A stretch of DNA of 64,000 bases from an uncultured cyanobacterium (GTDB taxonomy: Bacteria > Cyanobacteriota > Cyanobacteriia > Cyanobacteriales > Microcystaceae), in the NCBI GenBank assembly GCA_963807635.1, contig CAWEDJ010000105.1:1-64000 (forward strand), written 5' to 3'. Positions within the stretch are counted from its first letter, which is position 1. Each line of letters opens with the position of its first letter. Below are positions 12,049 to 22,761 of this stretch, in pieces. Position numbers and translations under genes: made by a program. Under the pieces are notes generated by a model. That model was not told where the DNA came from. It made no database searches and saw nothing but the letters and a program-made list of their open reading frames with translations.

Positions 12049-12122
12049 GGCGAGCGTAGCCAAGTGGTTAAGGCAGAGGTTTGTGGTACCTCCATACGTG
12101 GGTTCGATCCCCATCGTTCGCC
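12049..12122 (+). tRNA. trnH: tRNA-His(GTG)
   Basis: Cloverleaf with G-1:C73 pair, anticodon arm GAGGT-TTGTGGT-ACCTC, TTCGA T-loop; CCA not encoded. Confidence 0.95.
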
Positions 12123-12141
12123 CTTTTGCAATCCTTCATAA

Positions 12142-12188
12142 TTATGACCAATAATCCGATGCTTCGAGTTCGGGATTGTTGGTCATAA
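12142..12188. terminator. Long hairpin after tRNA-His
   Basis: TTATGACCAATAATCC...GGATTGTTGGTCATAA inverted repeat. Confidence 0.55.
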
Positions 12189-12335
12189 AACTAAGTTTTT
12201 GAAAAAATTAGAGATCTCGTCAGCCGAAGTTGTCAGTAGCCCAAGCTATTTTATATGAATAGGGACTTACGCAAATGACCATAATTGTTTAAACTATCCA
12301 TAGAAAAAGTGCGCTTAGCGAGCAAAGTATCAGTC

Positions 12336-13031
12336 ATGTCCCAGAAACCCATTGTCGTAGCCCCCTCCATCTTATCGGCTGATTTTAGTCGTTTAGGAGC
12401 AGAAATTGAAGCCGTTGATAAAGCAGGAGCCGATTGGATTCATGTTGATGTTATGGATGGACGTTTTGTCCCTAATATCACGATTGGCCCCTTGATCGTC
12501 AGTGCTATTCGTCCCTATACGAAAAAACCGTTGGATGTTCATTTGATGATTGTTGAACCAGAGAAATACGTCGCCGATTTTGCGAAAGCTGGGGCTGATA
12601 TTATTTCTGTCCACGCCGAGCATAATGCTTCTCCCCATTTACATCGTACTTTGGGTCAGATTCGGGAATTGGGGAAACAAGCAGGAGTGGTTTTAAATCC
12701 TTCAACACCTTTGGAGTTGATTGAGCATGTATTAGAACTGTGTGACTTGGTTTTAATCATGAGTGTTAACCCTGGTTTTGGCGGACAGAGTTTTATTCCT
12801 GGAGTGATTCCCAAAATTCAAAAACTTCGTCGGATGTGTGATGAACGGGGGCTTGATCCTTGGATTGAAGTGGACGGTGGACTGAAACCGAATAATACTT
12901 GGCAAGTCTTGGAGGCTGGTGCTAATGCGATCGTTGCGGGGTCGGCAGTTTTTAATGCTCCCGATTATGCGATCGCAGTGGAAGGTGTGCGTAACAGTAA
13001 GCGTCCTGAACCTGAACTAGCGGCTGTTTAG
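12336..13031 (+). CDS. rpe: Ribulose-phosphate 3-epimerase
   Basis: [33 protein letters not shown] at 12336 preferred. Confidence 0.95.
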   Translation: MSQKPIVVAPSILSADFSRLGAEIEAVDKAGADWIHVDVMDGRFVPNITIGPLIVSAIRPYTKKPLDVHLMIVEPEKYVADFAKAGADIISVHAEHNASPHLHRTLGQIRELGKQAGVVLNPSTPLELIEHVLELCDLVLIMSVNPGFGGQSFIPGVIPKIQKLRRMCDERGLDPWIEVDGGLKPNNTWQVLEAGANAIVAGSAVFNAPDYAIAVEGVRNSKRPEPELAAV

Positions 13032-13285
13032 TTTGTCATGTCTGTACTCTTAAGGACTATCTTTGTCGAGATTGTCCTTTTTTTGAATTTTTGGTCAAGT
13101 GGAAAGTTTCATCGGCGATCGCATTTTAAAAATGCTAGTATGTTTGAGCAAAATTGACAAAATCCAAAGGAGATGGGGAACAATCTGTTGAAAATTACCT
13201 TCAATTAGTCTGATTCGCACAACGTAATAATATAAAAAATAAAGAATTTAGATAAAATTTGTAGATTCACCAAGAAAGGAGGAGA

Positions 13286-14466
13286 TTGATTATTAAAGCG
13301 TCCGTACTACTGCGTTATTTAATTCCTTTTTATGATCCAGATATCAAGAACTGGTCGGGAGAAGCCCGCTTAATGCGTTGGCTGACGTTTGCATGGTTGT
13401 TGATTGGACTCATTGTTCTATATTCTGCTTCTTTTCCAGAGGGAGAGGCTAATTATGGCGATGGCTTTTATATCATTAAACGTCAAGTGCTTTTTGTTTG
13501 GTTAGGGATGATTTTCTTTAACTGGATTGTGCGATCGCCTGTTGACCAATATTCTCAAAATTTCCCCTTGGATGTTGTTTATCTTTCTGGGATTGATTTT
13601 TGCGACGTTGGTGGGATTTGGTACCAGCGTTAATGGGGCGACTCGCTGGATCGCGATCGGGCCTTTTTTCGTTGCAACCCTCGGAATTTATGAAGCCATT
13701 TTTGGTGATTCAAAGTGCCTGGATTTTTGGTAACTGGGAGCGATTGCCCTGGAGAGTCCGACTTACTTGGATCGGCATTTTTGGATTGGTCTTAGTCGGC
13801 ATTCTGGTGCAACCTAATTTGAGTACGACTGCCCTTTGTGGAATGACGATTTGGTTGATTGCCCTAGCATCTGGACTACCCTTTGGTTATTTGGGAACAA
13901 CGGCAGTACTGGGGGCAATGACGGCGGTTTTAAGTATTACTTTTAAGGAATATCAACGTAAACGGATTACCTCCTTCCTCGATCCCTGGGCAGACCCGAT
14001 GGGCAATGGTTACCAATTAGTCCAAAGTTTATACGCGATCGGCTCAGGAAGAGTGTGGGGAACGGGTTACGGTCTTTCCCAACAAAAATTATTTTATCTG
14101 CCCATTCAATACACTGACTTCATTTTTTCGGTTTTTGCTGAAGAATTTGGTATTATCGGCGGAATAGCTCTACTTTGTCTTTTGGGACTCTATTCCACCC
14201 TCGCTCTACGGATTGCAATGAATTGTCGTCATCGGGTGAAACGTTTAATCGCCCTGGGGGTGATGGTGGTAATGATCGGTCAATCCCTCTTAAATATTGG
14301 AGTCGCAACAGGAGCTTTACCAACAACGGGTTTACCCTTCCCGCTCTTTAGTTATGGCGGTAGCTCAGTGGTGTCCTGTTTAATTTTGTCCGCCTTAATT
14401 ATTCGGGTGGCCAGGGAAAGTAATGAAGCAGAGGTTGTTCCATTAAAACAAAGCCAGGCAACTTGA
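13286..14466 (+). CDS. ftsW: SEDS family cell division protein FtsW; two frameshifts
   Basis: NGATRW, QPSEF, GYQLVQS, TDFIFS, PLFSYGGSS across three overlapping ORFs. Confidence 0.85.
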
Positions 14467-14654
14467 GAGGACTTAACATCATCAATCCCTAGTATTGACA
14501 GCATCAAATGACAAAATGCGGTATTTAAAAGCCGAACTTTTTTTGACGGTTTTTACGGTGTTCATTTATCTATCATAAACTTAACACTTCGTTACAATGG
14601 GAATATCGCAAAGGGAAATTAATCTTTTGCTTACTTAAAATAGGAGAGTTTCCG

Positions 14655-15766
14655 ATGAACGGTAACTTAAAAGTTGGTACATTATTTGGGATTCCGTTTT
14701 ATGTGAATCCATCGTGGTTTTTGATTTTGGGCTTGGTAACGCTGAGTTATGGACAAGAACTCGCCCAATTTCCGCAACTATCTGGCGTAACCCCTTGGCT
14801 TTTGGGCTTTGCAACCGCGTTACTCCTATTCGCATCGGTGCTGCCCATGAGTTGGGTCATAGTTTGGTTGCCCTTGCTCAGGGGATTGAAGTCAAATCGA
14901 TTACGCTGTTTCTTTTTGGCGGTTTGGCGAATTTAGAAAAAGAGTCGAAAACTCCTTTAGAAGCTTTTGGCGTTGCGATCGCGGGGCCATTGGTGAGCCT
15001 CATATTATTTGCGGTTTTAACTGTTATTGGCATTAATATCCCCTTACCTCTGCCTGCTGCTGCCATTGTTGCCCTACTTGCTTCGATTAATTTAGCGTTA
15101 GGACTGTTTAATCTGATTCCTGGCTTGCCCTTAGATGGTGGAAATATCCTCAAAGCCTTAGTTTGGAAAATTACGGGGAATCAAAATCAAGGCATTATTA
15201 TTGCCAGTCGCGTTGGTCAAATCTTTGGTTGGAGTGCGATCGCGATCGGTGGCTTAGGGATTCTCGGCATTAGCTCCTTTGGCAATTTTTGGACATTATT
15301 AATTGGGTGGTTCCTGTTACAAAATGCTGGATTCTCTGCTCGTAATGCCCAGGTTAAAGATAGTTTAGAAAGTCATACTGCCGAAGAAGCCGTGATTCCC
15401 AACAGTCCTATCGTGACAGAAGATTTGACCCTGCGAGAATTTGTGAATAATTACGTGATTGGCAAAGAAAGCTGGCGCAAGTTTCTAGTTACCAATGAAT
15501 TTGGTCAACTCGTCGGAACCCTAGAGGTTGATGGTCTCAAAAAGATTCCGACCTCGGACTGGACAGAATTAACGATTCATCAAACCATGCAATCAACGGA
15601 ACACTTGAAAACCGTGAAGGCGAATCAATCCCTTTTGGAAGTTGCTCAATTGCTAGATCAACCCAACAATTCCCAATTAGCGGTAATTCGAGAAACGGGT
15701 GAGGTGTTAGGCTTATTAGAAAAAGCTTCGATCGCCCAGTGTTTACAAAAAGCCTTAGTTGCTTAG
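14655..15766 (+). CDS. Site-2 protease (M50) with CBS domains; frameshift near 14845
   Basis: HELGH and NLIPGLPLDGG motifs, C-terminal CBS pair. Confidence 0.9.
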
Positions 15767-15868
15767 AAGTTCAACAAATTCATATTCAGAGATGGAAGAT
15801 CAATCATGGGATCAATTTCCATCTCTTTTTTTTTGATTATTTTAAAATGATGAGAATTTTTGTGATGG

Positions 15869-15970
15869 TAAGCTGTTACGAATTTAGATTGCATAATGAT
15901 TTTGCTGAAAGTTTTGTAACAAGGGGCTTAAGCCCCTTGCCTGTATGCGTTTTAGATAATTAACAGCTTA
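15869..15970. mobile_element. About 100-bp MITE-like element
   Basis: Ends TAAGCTGTTA...TAACAGCTTA; internal palindrome CAAGGGGCTTAAGCCCCTTG; right 54 bp recur at 52480-52533. Confidence 0.65.
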
Positions 15971-15991
15971 GTAAGCGATCGCCTGTTCGAT

Positions 15992-17677
15992 TCAATCAGA
16001 TAAAAATTGCCATTTTCCACCCTCTAAAATCTCTAATACCCTTTCATGATAGGCAATTAACGTAGGACGATGACCCACACTGAGATAGGTAATCTCTGCC
16101 GCCTGTAACTGTTGATAAAGTCGTTTTTCATTCGGGACATCTAGCGCACTGGTCGCCTCATCTAAAACCGCATAGTGGGGACGATGGAGAAATAAACGGG
16201 CAAATCCAAGTCGTTGTTGTTCTCCTAAAGACAAGACATCCGCCCAATCCAATTCCACCTCCAGCCCCCCGACGCGATCTACTAAATCCTCCAAGTTAAC
16301 GACTTCTAGGACGGATTGGATTCGTTTATCGGTAAACACCTGTTCAGTGTGGGGATACAAAATTTGCTTACGGAGGGAGCCTAACACCATGTAGGGACGC
16401 TGGGGAATAAAGAGCATTTTCGTGGTTTCGGGACGATAAATATAACCATCTCCCTGTTTCCAGAGTCCAGCGACAGCCCGCAAAATGGAGCTTTTCCCTA
16501 GACCCGATGCTCCCATTACTAAAATCCCTTCCCCAGCAGGAATTTCGATGGATAAATCGGTGACTAAGGTACGTTTTTGATCAGGGGTTTTGACCGTCAG
16601 ATGACTCAATCCCAGACGGGGTTCAATGAAAGTTTGAATAGTGGCGGAAGACGCGATCGCGGAACTACTGGCGGCAAAATAATCCTGTAGGGTTCCCAAG
16701 CGTTTAATCACCGCCGCAAATTGAGTTAAACCACTGAAATTACTAGAAAACCAGTTAAAAACGCCGACAACTTGACCAAACGCACTGACAGACAGTTGAA
16801 AATCCCCTAGTGTGACTTCGTTATTGAAATAACGGGGAGCCAATAGTAAGGTGCAAATTAATGTCGTGGCAATATTCAGAGCGAAGGAAACACCCGTTAA
16901 CGTACTACTGGGAAGGATTTTCGCGTGCAGGACGGATAATAGCTGTCGAAAACGGGATTCGACTTCTTTTTGTTCTTCTTTTTCCCCTTCATAAAACGCG
17001 ATCGCCTCACTATTATTGCGAATATGAACCAAGCTATAGCGAAAATCGGCTTCGTATTCTAAGGATTTAAAGTTTAAAGGGGTTAAAACACGACCAATAA
17101 AATAGGAGATTAGGGTTTGAATAATCGCAGTGGCAATGGCAATAAAAACTAGGGAATTATTAATTTTCCACAGTGTCCCAATATATAAAAATCCACTAAG
17201 TAAGGTTCCGATCAATCCCAGTAAATAGTTTAGAAATTGGTTGATAAAAGAATTAATATCTTGAGAGATTCTTTGATCTGGATTGTCAATAACTCTATCA
17301 TTATTAATATGGTAGAAATGGCGATCGCCAAGATAGCGATTCAGAAATTGATTCGTTAACCATTGTCGCCAGTACAGTGAAAATTTTTGTTCCAGAAAAG
17401 ACTTAGCTAGAATAATGAAAACAAGAGAGACAGTTAAGCCCGTAGAAATCAAGAGTACATTTTTATAGGTAGCAAAATCCTTCTGGCTCAAGGCAGTGGT
17501 GATTTTTGAAGTGTAAATAGCGACCTGTAACCCCAAGGGACGGCTGATAATTGTTCCGACAATGACGAGGGCTAATAATCCCCAAGCGCGAAATTTTTCT
17601 GAGGATAAAAAGTAGTCTTTTGCTATTTGCCAAAACCACCGTAAAAACTGTTTAAACTGTTGAATTTTCTCAGACAT
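15992..17677 (-). CDS. Fused ABC transporter permease/ATPase (ABCD/YddA/McyH-like)
   Basis: DNPDQRI, EAIAFY, Walker A GASGLGKS, LSLGEQQR, DEATSALD. Confidence 0.9.
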   Translation of the reverse strand: MSEKIQQFKQFLRWFWQIAKDYFLSSEKFRAWGLLALVIVGTIISRPLGLQVAIYTSKITTALSQKDFATYKNVLLISTGLTVSLVFIILAKSFLEQKFSLYWRQWLTNQFLNRYLGDRHFYHINNDRVIDNPDQRISQDINSFINQFLNYLLGLIGTLLSGFLYIGTLWKINNSLVFIAIATAIIQTLISYFIGRVLTPLNFKSLEYEADFRYSLVHIRNNSEAIAFYEGEKEEQKEVESRFRQLLSVLHAKILPSSTLTGVSFALNIATTLICTLLLAPRYFNNEVTLGDFQLSVSAFGQVVGVFNWFSSNFSGLTQFAAVIKRLGTLQDYFAASSSAIASSATIQTFIEPRLGLSHLTVKTPDQKRTLVTDLSIEIPAGEGILVMGASGLGKSSILRAVAGLWKQGDGYIYRPETTKMLFIPQRPYMVLGSLRKQILYPHTEQVFTDKRIQSVLEVVNLEDLVDRVGGLEVELDWADVLSLGEQQRLGFARLFLHRPHYAVLDEATSALDVPNEKRLYQQLQAAEITYLSVGHRPTLIAYHERVLEILEGGKWQFLSD

Positions 17678-17729
17678 TTTCTGAATTTTTTGTGATCAAA
17701 CCCTAGAGGATAATCATGCCTGATCTTTC

Positions 17730-18104
17730 TTAAAGGGCAGAGGCAAATAGATGCTGAGGACATTCAGCTTTAAAGGCGGTGATCACTTCGGGCGTTAATT
17801 CAATTTCCATAACTTCGAGGATTTCTAGCATTTTCGCCTTATAAGTCTGTTTCAGTCCTTCTAAAAATTCTGGAGATTCAAGTTTTTCGAGGATCTCCGC
17901 GACTTCTTCATTATTTTCAATCGCGCTGGAATCGGGAGGTGTTCCATCTGGATTATGCAAAGCACCCAACTGAGCGATGACGGTATTGTTCAATTCAAGA
18001 CCAGATTTTGCCAATTCTTCTTTAATGCTACTCATGTAGGTCATTAAATAACTGTTTTGCATTCCTGCACCCGTTAATTTTGCAATCGTGTCGGAGGTAT
18101 TCAT
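17730..18104 (-). CDS. Hypothetical acidic protein
   Basis: 124-aa ORF co-oriented with, and 52 bp upstream of, the ABC transporter. Confidence 0.6.
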   Translation of the reverse strand: MNTSDTIAKLTGAGMQNSYLMTYMSSIKEELAKSGLELNNTVIAQLGALHNPDGTPPDSSAIENNEEVAEILEKLESPEFLEGLKQTYKAKMLEILEVMEIELTPEVITAFKAECPQHLFASAL

Positions 18105-18388
18105 GGCTAAGAAACATTAAATAGATGTACTTCAGTTTCAACCCCAAGACTTGATTTTCGTTATTATTGTTCCCTTTTTTGGCAGATTTCTATTTTTTCT
18201 TGAATTAACTTCAAATATTCAGTATCGGGAAGAGTTCTATGTTATTTGACGACGATCAATAAAAAGAGCGATCGCCTAACGGGGTTTTACGCTGAGATTT
18301 AGTCAAAATGAAAGATGATGATATAAAAGCATTCAAATAAAGATTGTTTTCGCTTACAATACAGGAAATTTAAACAGGGAGTAGGTCA

Positions 18389-18832
18389 ATGTTTGACAAG
18401 TTTTTCAAAAAACAGCCCGATCAATCCCAAAGTATGAGCGGCATTACGGTTAATGGCGGTGTGGTTCAACAGGGACAAGCAGGAGGAAATCTGCAACAAG
18501 TTCAATCGGGAAATCTGGATACAAAACAACAAATCACGAATATCGAAGTCGTTAAGCAATTGGAACAGTTGGAAAATTCTGTCAAAAGTGCGACCTTACC
18601 CCAAGCTCAAAAAGATGAAATTCTAGATTATTTGCGGCCTGCTAAACGTGAAGCGGCTAAGGATTCAGCCAATAAGGATTTGATCGGGCAAAATCTGAAG
18701 CAGGTTAATGAGACACTAAAAACAGTCAAAGAAACGACGGAAACGGGAAAAAGTCTCTGGAATACTGCCCAGGAAGTTTTTAAAACGGTTGCGCCCTGGT
18801 TGGGTGTTGCGGCACATTTTTGGGGACTGTAG
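18389..18832 (+). CDS. Small helical protein with N-terminal Q/G-rich amyloid-like motif
   Basis: QSQSMSGITVNGGVVQQGQAGGN followed by helical domain ending in amphipathic W-rich helix. Confidence 0.7.
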   Translation: MFDKFFKKQPDQSQSMSGITVNGGVVQQGQAGGNLQQVQSGNLDTKQQITNIEVVKQLEQLENSVKSATLPQAQKDEILDYLRPAKREAAKDSANKDLIGQNLKQVNETLKTVKETTETGKSLWNTAQEVFKTVAPWLGVAAHFWGL

Positions 18833-18932
18833 TGAAATAGTAGGGGATTGGTCTCCAGGTCTGATACTTAATGGATTTGGGGATTAAACCTCTATAAGTA
18901 TTAAATCGTTATTGATGAGACACTGAATTATT

Positions 18933-21062
18933 ATGGCTTCACAGGATCAAAATATTGATCATAGCGAAATTAAAAATAGTAGCGTTCAGCAGAGCCAGGC
19001 AGGAAGAGACGCGGTTAGTTTTAACAATAGCCATGATAATCGGGTCGTTATTGAAAATACGTTTTTGCGGTTGTTTGATCGCTCTGAATCGAATCAGGTG
19101 GATTGGGATTGGGCGAAATTATTATTAGAAAAAAAGCAATTACCTGAAATTCGTAAACGCTTGACGGATACTTTGGGCAGAGAGCGAATTTTAATGGATG
19201 TTTCGATTGCGGAACAGCAACAATGGGTGAATCGTTTACAAGCGGATCGTCAAATACAAGTTAATGGAAAAAATGGCGGTTTACTTGATCCGAATAAAAT
19301 GCTGATTGAGACTTTTGGACGAGATGATATTTCAGGAAAATTATTGATTTTAGGTGCGCCTGGTTCAGGTAAAACAACGGCGTTATTGAGTTTAGCGGAA
19401 CAGTTAGTCATCGGCGCAATAGAGAAAGCACAAACGGTGATTCCAGTTATTTTGGAGCTTCCGACTTGGCGCGAGGATAATCAAAGTATTGAGGCTTGGA
19501 TTATTGAGCAGTTGTATGATTTGCATGGAGGAAATCGTAAGCGAAAAATTTATGAGCAATGGCTAGAGCGACAGGTTTTATTACCGTTATTGGATGGGTT
19601 AGATGAGTTGGGTTTGGAACGACAGAAAAAGTGTACAGAGAAGCTTAATGAATTTGCGCGAACCTATCCGCAATTAGTAGTTTGTTGTCGGGTTAAGGAA
19701 TTTGAAACGGCGAATATTAAGTTGAGTAATTTGAATGGGGCGATCTGTCTTCAGAAATTATCAGATGGACAAATTGAGGCTTATTTTCAGAGTATTAATC
19801 GGGCTGATTTATGGTCAGAAATGAAAACTAATTCGGTATTACAAGGATTATTGCAAGCAACGGTAGAAGGTGAGCCTGGTTTGTTGCGAGTGCCTTTATT
19901 TATTAAGCTATTGGCTAATGTTTATGATCCCCAAGAGCCAATTAAGAGTAAGGCTGATTTGTTAGAAAAATATATTGAACGTCAATTATTTTTTGCTCAA
20001 CGGGAACGCGATCACAGAAAAGGTTTACAAAATCATCCTTGGGCTTATAAAACTGTAGAAAAAGAACCAAGATTAGATGAAACGATTAATAGTTTAAGTT
20101 GGGTTGCTAGACAATTACAGACAAATAATAAAGTTGATTTTTTAATTGAAGGAATACAACCTCAATCAATAGAAAAGTTTTTTATGAGTCGCTATAAATT
20201 TGTTCTTAAGTGTTTTTTATTTTTTACCCTCATGATTATGTGTCTCTTTATGTTAAATGATTTAGTGCTAAAAACAGATTTTCATAATTTAAAAGATTTA
20301 TTTTTTTTCATATTTTCTTTCTTTTCTGTGTGCTTTATGTTTACATATGCCTTTGAGGAAAAATTTGGTCATGATAAAATCTATACACAAGAAGTGATTT
20401 TTATTATATTCTCGAAAATAAGAAGAAAAGTTTTCTGGAAAGCATACATTTCTGAATGTAGTAGAAGAGTTTTGTTTTGGATTCAACCGCCATTTACAAA
20501 ATTCAAAATATTCTTTCTTTCACTAATTATAGGAATGACACTTGCCAGTTCCATTCGTGATAATAATATTAATGTTCTTAATGGGCTTATCTTTATTTCT
20601 TCACTTTATTTTTTAATGTGCGCTTATGCACTATTTGATGTATTGAGAGATCTACAGATTTTAGATGATATGAAAATAAGAGATTATCCAAATCAAGGTA
20701 TATGGTGGTCATTAGCAAGTTTTCTTATAATATTTGTTTTGATTACATTCCTTGATTTAATAAGCGAGCAAATTGGGATAAATATGAGCCTTTTTTCATC
20801 AACATGGGCTTTATTCTTTTTGGGGTGTGGTGGATTGATTTGTGTTAAACACTTTTCTCTACGTTTTGTCCTCTGGCAAAGCGGCACAATTCCCTGGAAC
20901 TTTGCCCGTTTCCTCAACTACTGCGTTGAACGGCGTTTATTGCTTAGAGTTGGGGGTCGTTACCGTTTTCTGCACCGTGAACTCCTCGATCACTTCGCCC
21001 AATTACCACCTGGAACACAGATTAAAGAGATTACGCTGATTTCACAGATTTTTAGCTCATAA
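18933..21062 (+). CDS. NACHT NTPase with C-terminal transmembrane region
   Basis: GAPGSGKTT, LLDGLDE, VVCCR, PLF, TM block, PWNFARFL..RVGGRYRFLH. Confidence 0.9.
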   Translation: MASQDQNIDHSEIKNSSVQQSQAGRDAVSFNNSHDNRVVIENTFLRLFDRSESNQVDWDWAKLLLEKKQLPEIRKRLTDTLGRERILMDVSIAEQQQWVNRLQADRQIQVNGKNGGLLDPNKMLIETFGRDDISGKLLILGAPGSGKTTALLSLAEQLVIGAIEKAQTVIPVILELPTWREDNQSIEAWIIEQLYDLHGGNRKRKIYEQWLERQVLLPLLDGLDELGLERQKKCTEKLNEFARTYPQLVVCCRVKEFETANIKLSNLNGAICLQKLSDGQIEAYFQSINRADLWSEMKTNSVLQGLLQATVEGEPGLLRVPLFIKLLANVYDPQEPIKSKADLLEKYIERQLFFAQRERDHRKGLQNHPWAYKTVEKEPRLDETINSLSWVARQLQTNNKVDFLIEGIQPQSIEKFFMSRYKFVLKCFLFFTLMIMCLFMLNDLVLKTDFHNLKDLFFFIFSFFSVCFMFTYAFEEKFGHDKIYTQEVIFIIFSKIRRKVFWKAYISECSRRVLFWIQPPFTKFKIFFLSLIIGMTLASSIRDNNINVLNGLIFISSLYFLMCAYALFDVLRDLQILDDMKIRDYPNQGIWWSLASFLIIFVLITFLDLISEQIGINMSLFSSTWALFFLGCGGLICVKHFSLRFVLWQSGTIPWNFARFLNYCVERRLLLRVGGRYRFLHRELLDHFAQLPPGTQIKEITLISQIFSS

Positions 21063-21135
21063 TTAGCTATCAAAACTAAAAATCATCTCATCAATGCCTG
21101 AAAGCCCGCTTGAGTAAAATGTTGATCAAATGTTA

Positions 21136-22047
21136 GGGCGTGTCATCAATTAGGGGGGTTGACATTAGTGGCAAATAATGCGCAGAGTATGAAATGACAC
21201 AATATACGTTGAAGAGAGGTGTGAATATGACGAGGCGTTATGCGTTGCGGGATGACCAATGGGAAAGAATCAAAGAGCTATTACCTGGAAAAGAGGGAGA
21301 TGTGGGAGTAACAGCCAAAGATAATCGTTTGTTTGTTGAAGCCGTATTATATCGATATAGAGCGGGCATTCCTTGGAGAGACTTACCCGAAAGGTTTGGA
21401 GATTTTCGAGTGATTCACACGCGTTTTACGCGATGGACGAAATCAGGGGTGTGGGAAAAGGTATTCAAGCACTTAGCGCAGGACGCTGATAATGAATACG
21501 CAATGATAGATGCAACGATTGTGAGAGCGCATCAACACAGTGCAGGAGCAAAAAACAGTAGCGCAGAGGAAGAAGATATAGGAAGGAGTACAGGAGGATT
21601 AAGTACGAAAATCCATGCCGTAGTAGACGCATTAGGGAATCCAGTCTCTTTTTTCCTAACGCCAGGTCAAGCGTGTGATTTAGACGGAGCCGATGTGCTA
21701 TTGCCTGATGTAGAAGCAGAAGCGGTGCTAGGGGACAAAGCCTATGACGCAGACGATAGAGTCATTAAGGTTCTAGAAAAAAGAGGGATAGTGCCTGTGA
21801 TACCCTCGAAAAGTAATCGAAAAGAACCTCGCCCTTATGATACATTTTTGTATAAAGCGCGTCATTTAGTCGAAAACTTCTTTGCGAAACTCAAACAATA
21901 TCGTGCGCTTGCGACTCGTTACGAGAAGCGCTCAGCCAATTTTCTAGGCGGCATCTATCTGGCCGCATCAGTTATATGGTTAGCGTAGCCCAGTTTGAAC
22001 AGCATAATTATTCACTAATGTCAAGTGTGTTAATTGATGACACGCTC
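21136..22047 (+). mobile_element. IS5-family insertion sequence
   Basis: 17-bp TIRs GGGCGTGTCATCAATTA / TAATTGATGACACGCTC, flanked by TA; inner IR TTGACATTAGTG/CACTAATGTCAA. Confidence 0.92.
21194..21988 (+). CDS. IS5-family transposase
   Basis: WRDLP, IDAT, DKAYD, YKARHLVENFF DDE motifs; single frame; start may be ATG at 21227. Confidence 0.93.
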   Translation: MTQYTLKRGVNMTRRYALRDDQWERIKELLPGKEGDVGVTAKDNRLFVEAVLYRYRAGIPWRDLPERFGDFRVIHTRFTRWTKSGVWEKVFKHLAQDADNEYAMIDATIVRAHQHSAGAKNSSAEEEDIGRSTGGLSTKIHAVVDALGNPVSFFLTPGQACDLDGADVLLPDVEAEAVLGDKAYDADDRVIKVLEKRGIVPVIPSKSNRKEPRPYDTFLYKARHLVENFFAKLKQYRALATRYEKRSANFLGGIYLAASVIWLA

Positions 22048-22390
22048 TAATGCTTGATCCACTTTATTTTGCTTCATGACAACAAAAGAAAAACAATCTA
22101 CTAATCCCCACGATTTGTCTTGATACTGCTTATACAAAAGCAATGATTCATCAAATAACTCAGGCGTTAAACGAATAACGTCAATTTCATCAGAGGCTAA
22201 AAACCTTTCAATTAGCTCAACTGCCTCATTTCTATAATTGGCTGATAATTTGTTTCCAGATTCCAGAAAAATTGCATCAGTTGTAATCAAAGGGAAATTT
22301 TCGTATTGTTTAGCTAAACTTAAAGCTATTTGATGATATTGATCTCGTTTATTGATCAGAGCAACAATAAATAATGTATCTACAAAAATT

Positions 22391-22606
22391 TTAATCCTCA
22401 CCGACACCTCTCCCTAAACTAATAGCGACTTGAACAGAGAAATCTTCAGGAGCATCAATCGAAATTTCCTGTAATCGAGACATCAAACTCTGTTTTTTAA
22501 CTTTATTTTCTGAACTATTTAATTGTTCAATCATGCCATAGACTTGTTTAAGCTGTTCTTCACTTAAATCTTCTATTTTTTCTTGAATCATTTGTTTTGT
22601 AATCAT
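22391..22606 (-). CDS. Putative antitoxin of the VapC pair
   Basis: 71 aa, overlaps the PIN gene start; IDAPEDFS C-terminus. Confidence 0.65.
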   Translation of the reverse strand: MITKQMIQEKIEDLSEEQLKQVYGMIEQLNSSENKVKKQSLMSRLQEISIDAPEDFSVQVAISLGRGVGED

Positions 22607-22761
22607 TGTAATTTCCCTAAAATCAAAAACTTACCTTAAATTATAATCAATAAAATCTTCTTTCGTCAATTCCTTTACAGCGATCGCTTTAATAGACCCT
22701 TGACAATAAAATAACCGTCATTCACTATCAAAAAGACTCCTATGTTAGCTGACGACAAAGA

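Larger units (their letters stand above)
21083..22407 (-). pseudogene. vapC: VapC/PIN toxin interrupted by IS5
   Basis: FVDT...DCFSF..DQAL to right of IS; remaining TFDQHFTQAGFQALMR-stop at 21083-21135. Confidence 0.88.

Noticed and set aside
11922..12131. 69-aa minus-strand ORF
   Set aside because: Antisense shadow of tRNA-His.
12049..12190. tRNA-His as an integration site
   Set aside because: No integrase and no duplicated tRNA 3' end seen; flanks are core genes.
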